NCBI GenBank assembly: GCA_018679695.1
Contig: JAHHKH010000254.1
Span: 199-64,198 of the forward strand
From: Maribacter sp.
GTDB lineage: Bacteria > Bacteroidota > Bacteroidia > Flavobacteriales > Flavobacteriaceae
DNA: 64,000 bases
Direction of reading: 5' to 3'
The notes beneath the pieces are model-generated. The model did not search any database, had not been told where the DNA came from, and saw only the letters and a program-made list of their open reading frames with translations. Shown one piece after another: positions 56,702 to 64,000 of the stretch. Numbering within the stretch: the stretch's first letter is position 1; each line of letters begins with the position of its first letter. Position numbers and translations under genes: made by a program.

Positions 56702-56858
56702 TTTGTTAAATTTTCTAGATAATTTGCCTTTATAGTTGTCTTGAAAAGACTGACATACAATGTAAGATTAAATTATCTAATTTGGTTAACAAAATTCGAT
56801 TAATTTTAAACAATACGGCATTATATTCGTTTTATATACTTGATTAATAGTTAAGTGG

Positions 56859-57647
56859 TTACTTCAGTACTTCAGGTATTTCACAAATAGGTATAGGTAA
56901 CATCTTATGTTGGTTTGCCGTATTGAGTTTCTTAAAAATAGCAAAAACCTGTTTCTCACGACCGGTAAAATCATCTACGGTCATTCCTTCATCATTTTTT
57001 TGCATGGCCCACTCCAATTCAGGATAGGAAGCGCCTATTTGATCTTCATCGGTGCGGTCATCACCCCAAAGCCCATCAGTCGGCGGCGCCAGTACAATTT
57101 CTTGGTTGATTCCTAGGGCTTTCGCAATCCCATAAACCTCAGATTTCAATAGATCTGCTATTGGGCTTAAATCAACACCCCCATCGCCATATTTTGTGTA
57201 GAAACCCACGCCAAAATCCTCTACCTTATTACCGGTACCTGCCACCAAGTATCCTTTCAGGGCTGCGAAATAATACAAAGTGGTCATTCGTAACCGCGCC
57301 CTTGTATTGGCAAGAGCCATAAAACGTTCTTCCTCATTGGCAATAGGGGGTAAGGCTGCAATCAAATTGTCAAATACCGGTGTTAAGTCAACAGGTTGCC
57401 TGTATACATTGCCAAATTTTTTCATTAACCATTTTATATGGTTAGCCGCTCTTGTTTCTTGATTTTCAGATTGGTGAATAGGCATTTCAACGCAAAGCAG
57501 GTCCAATCCTGTTTTCGCACATAAAGTTGAAGTAACAGCTGAATCTATGCCGCCAGAGACTCCAATAACAAATCCCTTTATGTTGACGTTATCCGCATAG
57601 GCTTTTAACCAATTTACAATATGGGTTATTACTTTTTCGGTTTTCAT
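56859..57647 (-). CDS. nadE: ammonia-dependent NAD+ synthetase
   Basis: 262 aa. PP-loop SGGIDSAV and NadE-type C-terminal region. Confidence 0.92.
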   Translation of the reverse strand: MKTEKVITHIVNWLKAYADNVNIKGFVIGVSGGIDSAVTSTLCAKTGLDLLCVEMPIHQSENQETRAANHIKWLMKKFGNVYRQPVDLTPVFDNLIAALPPIANEEERFMALANTRARLRMTTLYYFAALKGYLVAGTGNKVEDFGVGFYTKYGDGGVDLSPIADLLKSEVYGIAKALGINQEIVLAPPTDGLWGDDRTDEDQIGASYPELEWAMQKNDEGMTVDDFTGREKQVFAIFKKLNTANQHKMLPIPICEIPEVLK

Positions 57648-57673
57648 GAAAATTGATATTTGGTTAAAACTAG

Positions 57674-57681
57674 TAACTTTG
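57674..57681 (+). promoter_or_regulatory. candidate -7 promoter box (TAACTTTG) for gldB
   Basis: Exact TAnnTTTG match 57 nt upstream of the ATG at 57738. Confidence 0.4.
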
Positions 57682-57737
57682 CCGGATAAAAATAAAACCT
57701 TGCTCCATAAGATTTAAATTAACAGGATAGAACTTTT

Positions 57738-58694
57738 ATGAGGAAATCATTTTATACAGTTGTTATTGGCGTTTTGATCATTCTCGGATGTGGAAGGGAA
57801 AATAAGATTCCTGATGAAATATTGAATACCGAGGTAGATCTAAAGGTCTCTAGATTCGATAATGAATTTGCACAGGCAAGCCCAGAGGATATTCCGAAAT
57901 TAAGAAAGGCATATCCCTACTTGTTTCCTGCTCCCGATAGTGTATGGGTTGCTAAACTCCAAGACTCGCTTCAATTTGAATTAAGGGAGGAGGTCAGGAC
58001 TGAATTTGCCGACTTTGAGAAAGAGTTGGCTGATGTTGAAATGCTCTTTAAGCATATCAAGTATTACTTTCCAAAATATGAAGCTCCTAGAATTATTACG
58101 GTTACCAATGATGTTGACTATAATAATCGAATCATTTTGGCCGATAGCTTACTGTTCGTAAGCTTGGATAACTACTTGGGCCCCGACCATAAATACTATG
58201 GCGGTATGCAGAATTATATCGCGGCAGATATGAATCGTGATTTTATTATCAGCAATATCGCAAGTGCATTTGCCAATAAAGTTGTGCCGGGACCTAAAGA
58301 CCGAACATTCTTGGCTCGTATGATTTACTATGGCAAGATTTTATATCTTAAGGATAAGCTGATGCCTTTTCATAGCGATGAACAAAAAATCACTTATTCA
58401 AAAGACCAACTGGCTTGGGCCCAGGCAAATGAGGAGCCTATGTGGCGGCATTTTATAGAACAAGAACTATTGTATAGTACAGATAATAGATTGTCTTTGC
58501 GATTTTTGGATCCAGCCCCATTTTCCAAATTTGGTCTGGAATTGGATAATGAATCCCCAGGGCGATTGGGGCGGTATGTAGGATGGCAAATTGTTCGTTC
58601 CTTTATGGAGAAGAATGAAGTTGACCTACCGCAATTATTGAATTTGTCGGCAGCGGATATTTTTAAGGAATCGAACTATAAACCCAATAAATAA
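57738..58694 (+). CDS. gldB: gliding motility lipoprotein GldB
   Basis: 318 aa with lipobox ILGC. Its size and its position immediately upstream of a GldC-like gene match the gldB-gldC arrangement in Flavobacterium johnsoniae. Confidence 0.75.
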   Translation: MRKSFYTVVIGVLIILGCGRENKIPDEILNTEVDLKVSRFDNEFAQASPEDIPKLRKAYPYLFPAPDSVWVAKLQDSLQFELREEVRTEFADFEKELADVEMLFKHIKYYFPKYEAPRIITVTNDVDYNNRIILADSLLFVSLDNYLGPDHKYYGGMQNYIAADMNRDFIISNIASAFANKVVPGPKDRTFLARMIYYGKILYLKDKLMPFHSDEQKITYSKDQLAWAQANEEPMWRHFIEQELLYSTDNRLSLRFLDPAPFSKFGLELDNESPGRLGRYVGWQIVRSFMEKNEVDLPQLLNLSAADIFKESNYKPNK

Positions 58695-58697
58695 AAA

Positions 58698-59033
58698 ATG
58701 GCAAAGTTGCATACATCGGAAATTAAATTAAAGGTGGGATTGGACGAGAACCGGATTCCAGAAAAATTAACTTGGTCTGCCGAAGATGGCGGAATCAAAA
58801 ATGAGGATGCCAAGGCCATGTTACTGTCTGTTTGGGATAGCACTAATAAAGAATCCCTTAAAATTGATCTTTGGACCAAGGATATGCCAGTAGATGAAAT
58901 GAAAATCTTTTTTCATCAAACATTGATCTCTTTGTCCGATACTTTTATGAAGGCTACACAAGATGAAAAAATGACGGCCACCATGAAGGATTTCTGTGAC
59001 TATTTTGCCGAAAAGTTAGACCTTAAAGGCTAA
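58698..59033 (+). CDS. gldC: gliding motility-associated protein GldC
   Basis: 111 aa cytoplasmic protein. SEIKLKVGLDENRIPE...W.A.DGG...KA.LLS.WD pattern. Starts 3 nt after gldB. Confidence 0.75.
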   Translation: MAKLHTSEIKLKVGLDENRIPEKLTWSAEDGGIKNEDAKAMLLSVWDSTNKESLKIDLWTKDMPVDEMKIFFHQTLISLSDTFMKATQDEKMTATMKDFCDYFAEKLDLKG

Positions 59034-59188
59034 CGGTATTTTATTAATTGATGCTGAATAGTATTGAAATTTTGCTGTAATGGGGGATTTTTTTTAAGGT
59101 ATTCCCAAAAATTCGACATCCGAATCCGAAATCTAGAATTTATTTAAGTTTAGGAACTATTCAGTGCCTAGTTTTTAAGCATATGTAG

Positions 59189-59196
59189 TACTTTTG
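59189..59196 (+). promoter_or_regulatory. candidate -7 promoter box (TACTTTTG) for pfk
   Basis: Exact TAnnTTTG match 38 nt upstream of the ATG at 59234. Confidence 0.4.
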
Positions 59197-59233
59197 GGGC
59201 TTAATTAAGTGCTACGATAAACGAGCAACAAAA

Positions 59234-60562
59234 ATGGCAAAAGAAGAAAAATTCGATATCGACATTTTAGGGAAAGCTTCATATGATTCTCCTTTACGAC
59301 TGAGTAAAAGGCGGGGGGATAATATTTTCAACTTTGTGAAAGAGGATGAAAAAATATTGCAGGATACCTCGTTGGAAGAATATAAAAAATGTTTGGCAGG
59401 CAAAAAGGAGCCCTTGGCCATGGTGAAAGCGGGTCCACGGGAAAAAATATACTTTAACACAAGAAAAACCAAGGCTGCCATAGTAACTTGCGGTGGGTTG
59501 TGTCCCGGCATAAACAATGTAATCCGCAGTTTGGTCATGGGCCTTACTTATTTTTATGGGGTTAAGGAGATTCTTGGGGTACGCTACGGTTATGAAGGTC
59601 TTATACCTTCATACGGACATGATTTTGTTGATTTGACCCCCAGTTTTGTTAAGGATATCCATCAATTTGGAGGAACCATATTAGGTTCCTCAAGAGGGAG
59701 TCAAGACGTAGGTACCATGGTTGATTATATCTATGACAATGGTATTGATCTATTGTTCACCATCGGGGGCGATGGCACCTTAAAAGGCGCGGACGCCATA
59801 GGTGAGGAAATTAAGAAACGCGGTTATGATATTTCTGTAATAGGAATTCCTAAAACCATAGACAATGATATTAACCTTATCGATAAAACTTTTGGCTTTG
59901 AAACCGCTTACAATGTAGCCAACCCCATCATTAGGGATGCCCACAATGAGGCCACCGGGGCTTATAATGGTATCGCCATTGTAAAGTTAATGGGTCGTGA
60001 CAGTGGCTTTATTGCAGCCTCGGCGGCAATTTCCATGCCCGTGGTCAACTTTGTTTTGGTTCCTGAAATGCATTTTGAGCTCGAAGGTGAGAACGGCTTT
60101 TTAAAATATCTTAAGGAACGATTGGATAAAAAACATCACGCTGTAGTTGTAGTCGCCGAAGGTGCTGGACAGCATCTTTTTAGTGATGATGAAAAAGAAC
60201 AGGTTACCGATGCCTCCGGAAATGTTAAGCATAAGGATATTGGGTTGTTGCTAAAGACTCGTATTTCGGAATTCTTTAAGAAGAATGATACCCCAGTAAC
60301 CATAAAATATATAGATCCCAGTTATATTATTAGAAGCGCTCCGGCCAATCCTGAGGATAGCGTATTCTGTAATGGCTTGGCTTATCATGCCGTTCATGGG
60401 GCAATGACCGGTAGAACTAGGTTTGTTGTGGGCCGGGTGAACAATCGATATGTTTATCTTCCAATTTCGGCTGTAACCAATAAAAGAAAAAAGATCAACT
60501 TGGAAGGTGGCTTCTGGTATACTGTTCTGGAAAGTACCGGGCAACCTTTTGAAATGCGCTAA
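59234..60562 (+). CDS. 6-phosphofructokinase, long 'PPi-PFK-like' clade
   Basis: 442 aa. CGGLCPGINN, TIGGDGT (Gly at the ATP/PPi-discriminating position) and IPKTIDND (Lys typical of the PPi-PFK lineage). This mixed signature is also seen in ATP-dependent PFKs of the plant/protist-like clade. Confidence 0.88.
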   Translation: MAKEEKFDIDILGKASYDSPLRLSKRRGDNIFNFVKEDEKILQDTSLEEYKKCLAGKKEPLAMVKAGPREKIYFNTRKTKAAIVTCGGLCPGINNVIRSLVMGLTYFYGVKEILGVRYGYEGLIPSYGHDFVDLTPSFVKDIHQFGGTILGSSRGSQDVGTMVDYIYDNGIDLLFTIGGDGTLKGADAIGEEIKKRGYDISVIGIPKTIDNDINLIDKTFGFETAYNVANPIIRDAHNEATGAYNGIAIVKLMGRDSGFIAASAAISMPVVNFVLVPEMHFELEGENGFLKYLKERLDKKHHAVVVVAEGAGQHLFSDDEKEQVTDASGNVKHKDIGLLLKTRISEFFKKNDTPVTIKYIDPSYIIRSAPANPEDSVFCNGLAYHAVHGAMTGRTRFVVGRVNNRYVYLPISAVTNKRKKINLEGGFWYTVLESTGQPFEMR

Positions 60563-60655
60563 AAGATTTTATAACCTGTCTTTTTTATAATTCTCAAACT
60601 CCTTTGCTAAATTAAGTTGATTGGCCATGTTGGTCTATAACTAAGCCTGGAATAT

Positions 60656-62272
60656 TTATTTTAAATTAACTGTAATTGGCCATCCCTCAAATTGCTGGGC
60701 ATCGATTTGGGTAACATCAACATATCTAGGCCAACATTCGAAAGTAGCTTCATTTGATTTGGTGTTAAAACGTATCAACCCATAACCTCCGCCTCTTGAA
60801 TTGCTTTCGGGATTTACATAGGCATGCATGCTTATTTTGTTATTGAATCCATCCAAATAATCACCGGTCCATGGTAATGAAGTATTGGTGTTTGGGTTTG
60901 CACCGGCTTTCTCATTTTCTGGCCACCACCATCTGCTGTAATAATCATTGACAATAGCAGGTACAACAAAAGCCCAGGGGCCATCACCAAATTCATGAAT
61001 ACCGTGTTTAATTACTGTGGCCAAATGTTGGTCACCCGCAATATGTACGGCATTTGCCTTTTTGATTAGTGCAAGGGATTTGTTTCGACCAGTTTGGGGC
61101 CAACCGTTGGAATCAAGATCGGCGTGTAAGCGATTTTCCAGTTGACCATGAATGTGGGCACCACCACAAAAACCCGTTTGCGAAAGCACTACTTTCAACG
61201 ATTGGGTATTTTTTGTTCCCCAATCCTCCAAAAAGTGCAATTGACGGTCACCAAGAAGTTTCAATCCAGGTAAATCTATTGATGCGGGATCATATTCCGG
61301 ATTCCGGATATGGTCAGGACGAGGCCCTTGTTGCGGTATTTTACCTTTGGGCCCTGATTTGAACTTCCGATCTTCCATAATGGCGAAATCAACTCCTCCT
61401 AATATCAGGTTGGTGTAATAGACCCCAATGCCTTGTTCAATGGGAGTAGCGTCATAAGGGTCAGGTAAATGTGCGGTCTGACAGCGTTCTACCATTTTCA
61501 CATACTCGGGATGATAACGATAACCGCCATCAGAGCTTCCTTCCGCAGTGGAAACCTTGCCATTTTCACCCCACAGATTACCCTGGCCAATATCATGGTC
61601 ATCAGGAATTGTTATACAGGGTCGATTGCGAAAAGTCTCTTTAAATTGAAGACCGAATTTCAACCAAGCGGCCGTATGCTCGGTATGGTCATAGGACTGA
61701 TCCCCAGCAAAGAAAATCAAATCGGGGTCCTGATGATTGATGTTGCGAACATAATTTTCCCTAAGACCACGGTCCTTATTTGAATTACAGGACAAGGCAG
61801 CCAAAACGATCTCATTTTTATCTTTAGGGTCTTTACGGATCAAGCCTTCGAACGACGCTTTTTCACCATGAAGCAACCTGTATTTCACATTTCTGGTATC
61901 ATCCCAATTTTCAATACGAAATAGGGCGGACCACCCTAAATCGTTCACCACTTGTTTTTGGATTTCCTTCCATTCCCCTTTATCTTCGATTTCTAAACGC
62001 ACCACTCGCGATTCTTCAGGGTACAAAGGATATAACTGGGCGCTCATTTTCAAGGTACCGTTTGAAACCGTATAGATTCCAAATGCCACAATACTGTCAC
62101 GATTTATTTTTAAGTTGATAATGGGATTATCCGTGCGATTCCACCAGTCATTGATGGCCAAGGTGTCAACATTTGAAAAAGGTGCGACTAATGGGGGATT
62201 TTGTTCTTTCTTTTTTTCGGAACAACTAAGAATACCAAGTAACAGAATTGCAGTTAGGATTATTTTTTTCAT
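60656..62272 (-). CDS. PhoD-like metallophosphatase lipoprotein (alkaline phosphatase D family candidate)
   Basis: 538 aa with lipobox LGILSC. ALSCNSN ... FAGDQSYDH ... IPDDHDIG ... GDQH metallophosphoesterase-type motifs. Confidence 0.55.
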   Translation of the reverse strand: MKKIILTAILLLGILSCSEKKKEQNPPLVAPFSNVDTLAINDWWNRTDNPIINLKINRDSIVAFGIYTVSNGTLKMSAQLYPLYPEESRVVRLEIEDKGEWKEIQKQVVNDLGWSALFRIENWDDTRNVKYRLLHGEKASFEGLIRKDPKDKNEIVLAALSCNSNKDRGLRENYVRNINHQDPDLIFFAGDQSYDHTEHTAAWLKFGLQFKETFRNRPCITIPDDHDIGQGNLWGENGKVSTAEGSSDGGYRYHPEYVKMVERCQTAHLPDPYDATPIEQGIGVYYTNLILGGVDFAIMEDRKFKSGPKGKIPQQGPRPDHIRNPEYDPASIDLPGLKLLGDRQLHFLEDWGTKNTQSLKVVLSQTGFCGGAHIHGQLENRLHADLDSNGWPQTGRNKSLALIKKANAVHIAGDQHLATVIKHGIHEFGDGPWAFVVPAIVNDYYSRWWWPENEKAGANPNTNTSLPWTGDYLDGFNNKISMHAYVNPESNSRGGGYGLIRFNTKSNEATFECWPRYVDVTQIDAQQFEGWPITVNLK

Positions 62273-62371
62273 TAGAGTTGTCTAAAATATGGATTGTGTA
62301 AGTACATCTAGGTTTAACAGACCAATGTGTCATTAAATATAGTATTTTAGATAGCAAACACTTGGAAGTAA

Positions 62372-62734
62372 ATGCAAGAAAAATTGATTTTTGTTTATAA
62401 TGCAGACTCGGGTCTAAGTAATATGATCATTGATGGTGCACACAAAATATTCAGCCCAAGTACCTATGCTTGCAACTTATGTGACATTACCTATGGTACA
62501 TTCACCGAGAACAGAATTTGGAAGAAATTCAGGGAAGCAACTTCATTGAAAATGGAATTTTTGCATAAAGACGAGTTTAAAAACCGCTATGCTTCCAAAT
62601 TCGGGTATAAATTCGATTACCCCATTGTACTGATTACAGCCAAGGAGAACTTGGAGGTATTCATAAATGTGGAAGAATTGAATCAACTGGAAAATGCTGA
62701 GGATTTGATCGCGATGATTCAGAAAAGAATTTGA
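62372..62734 (+). CDS. hypothetical small protein with CxxC motif
   Basis: 120 aa. Conserved-looking N-terminus LIFVYNADSG......DG.HKIFSPSTYACNLCDITYG. No family I can name. Confidence 0.45.
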   Translation: MQEKLIFVYNADSGLSNMIIDGAHKIFSPSTYACNLCDITYGTFTENRIWKKFREATSLKMEFLHKDEFKNRYASKFGYKFDYPIVLITAKENLEVFINVEELNQLENAEDLIAMIQKRI

Positions 62735-62739
62735 ATTCA

Positions 62740-63354
62740 CTAGTTATTTTCCTGAAAAAACTGTTGGTTGATCTCATCTATGTAATTCAAGAGTTCTTCC
62801 CTTCCAATATTTTTTGAGGATGAGGTGATGAAGTAATTCGGGGCCTCTTCCCAAACTCCATTTAGTAATTCTTTAATATAGGAATCCACCTTTTTTTCAA
62901 TTGCTTTCGGCTTCAATTTATCAGCTTTAGTGAAAATGATACTGAACGGGATTCCGTTTTCCCCTAAATATTCGATAAAATCCAAATCGATCTTTTGAGG
63001 TTCGTGTCGAATATCAACCAAAACAAAAGCACTGACCAATTGCCTTCGTTTTATAAAATAATCGGTGATATATTTTTGAAAGGTCTTTTTATCCTTTTTG
63101 GAAACCCGGGCATAACCATAGCCGGGTAAATCGACCAAAAACCAATTCCCATTTATTTTAAAGTGGTTAATGAGCTGGGTCTTCCCCGGTCTACCGGATG
63201 TTTTGGCCAGTCCTTTTCGAGCGGTCAACATATTGATCAATGACGACTTCCCTACATTGGATCTACCAATGAAGGCATACTCTGGCAATGGCTCATTGGG
63301 GCACTTGGCAACATCGGTATTGCTGATTACAAAGTCGGCCGACTTAATTTTCAT
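62740..63354 (-). CDS. engB: ribosome biogenesis GTP-binding protein YihA/YsxC (EngB)
   Basis: 204 aa. [20 protein letters not shown] and TKADK motifs. Confidence 0.92.
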   Translation of the reverse strand: MKIKSADFVISNTDVAKCPNEPLPEYAFIGRSNVGKSSLINMLTARKGLAKTSGRPGKTQLINHFKINGNWFLVDLPGYGYARVSKKDKKTFQKYITDYFIKRRQLVSAFVLVDIRHEPQKIDLDFIEYLGENGIPFSIIFTKADKLKPKAIEKKVDSYIKELLNGVWEEAPNYFITSSSKNIGREELLNYIDEINQQFFQENN

Positions 63355-63366
63355 TTGAAAACGGGT

Positions 63367-64000
63367 TTAGAAATTTCGCTTTTCCAACCAGGCGTCAAGA
63401 ATTTCATTAAACTGATCTGGATGTTCCATCATAGGGGCATGGCCACATTTTTTAATCCAGAATAATTCGGAATCTGGAAGCAATCCATGAAATTCCTTGG
63501 CTACATTTGGAGGTGTAACAGTGTCGTTTTCCCCCCAGATAATGCACGTTGGTGTTTTCATTTTAGGTAGATCTTTTGACATGTTGTGACGAATGGCACT
63601 TTTGGCAATAGACAAGGTCTTTACCAATTTTACACGATCGTTCACCGTTGCAAATACTTCATCTACGATTTCCTTTGTCGCAACAGCTGGGTCATAAAAT
63701 ACATCCTGTGCTTTTTTCTTTATGAATTCGTAATCGCCCCGTTTGGGATAACCATCGCCCATAGCACTTTCATAGAGTCCAGAACTACCTGTTATGACCA
63801 AGGCTTTGACCATTTCAGGATACAGTCTCGTATGTAATAAGCCTATATGACCCCCTAATGAATTACCCAAAAGTATGACGTCTTTAAGGCCTTGGAATTC
63901 TATGAATTTTTCTAAAAATATCGCGAAGTTCTTTACGTTGGTCTTCAATAAGGGCATAGTATAAATAGGTAATTCGGGAATCAAGACCTTATACCCTTTT
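63367..64000 (-). CDS. alpha/beta hydrolase fold protein (5' end beyond the window)
   Basis: GNSLGGH nucleophile elbow and C-terminal CGHAPM.E..D.F region. The reading frame stays open to the window edge, so the N-terminus is missing. Confidence 0.75.
   Translation of the reverse strand, partial: KGYKVLIPELPIYTMPLLKTNVKNFAIFLEKFIEFQGLKDVILLGNSLGGHIGLLHTRLYPEMVKALVITGSSGLYESAMGDGYPKRGDYEFIKKKAQDVFYDPAVATKEIVDEVFATVNDRVKLVKTLSIAKSAIRHNMSKDLPKMKTPTCIIWGENDTVTPPNVAKEFHGLLPDSELFWIKKCGHAPMMEHPDQFNEILDAWLEKRNF

Noticed and set aside
1-64000. Search for tRNA, rRNA, tmRNA, CRISPR repeats, IS elements, integrases, phage or restriction/defence genes
   Set aside because: I found none by eye. There are no tRNA-like T-arm strings outside coding sequence, no spaced direct repeat arrays and no transposase- or integrase-like ORFs. 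The window looks like core chromosome. A covariance-model and HMM scan would be needed to be certain.

Overview
The window looks like ordinary core chromosome from a Flavobacteriaceae-type (Bacteroidota) genome. Supporting signs are gldB-gldC gliding genes, a DUF5686 protein, DUF2807/head-GIN proteins, TAnnTTTG -7 boxes upstream of many genes and little Shine-Dalgarno signal. Coding density is high and nearly every long ORF has a recognisable housekeeping function. I found no tRNA, rRNA, CRISPR array, transposase, integrase or recognisable defence module, so there is no evidence of a mobile island. The dominant structure is a same-strand sulfur and methionine supercluster of about 20 kb (15.4-35.7 kb). 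Its order is metK, SAM-I riboswitch, metY, a MetX-aspartokinase-homoserine dehydrogenase triple fusion, and a MetB/MetZ-like gene. It continues with an Rrf2 regulator, DUF2061, cysH, cysD, cysN, sulfite reductase, cobA and sirC. It ends with a second SAM-I riboswitch, a split metH carrying an ABM-domain gene between its halves, and metF. A second block (39.1-43.3 kb) is an aromatic amino acid operon: pheA, an aminotransferase, tyrA and a DAHP synthase-chorismate mutase fusion. It is preceded by a 23-codon Phe/Tyr-rich leader ORF with a terminator/antiterminator arrangement. The other genes are housekeeping: thyA, nupC-type transporter, etfBA, pdhB, soluble and membrane pyrophosphatases, tonB-like, pepE, deoxynucleoside kinase, rsgA, dtd, mazG-like, aroA, queA, rlmN, polyprenyl synthase, an ECF sigma module, dnaG, nadE, pfk, a PhoD-like phosphatase and engB. 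I did not find an unambiguous new multi-gene system. The points most worth follow-up are regulatory or architectural. They are the pheA leader-peptide attenuator, a structured non-SAM-I metK leader, a repeated palindromic box around the cys genes next to a four-Cys Rrf2 regulator, and an orphan response regulator with Glu at the phospho-acceptor position. Others are a HEPN-like tail on sulfite reductase, the triple-fusion enzyme, the split metH with its ABM insert, and an 18-bp perfect inverted repeat between metH and metF.
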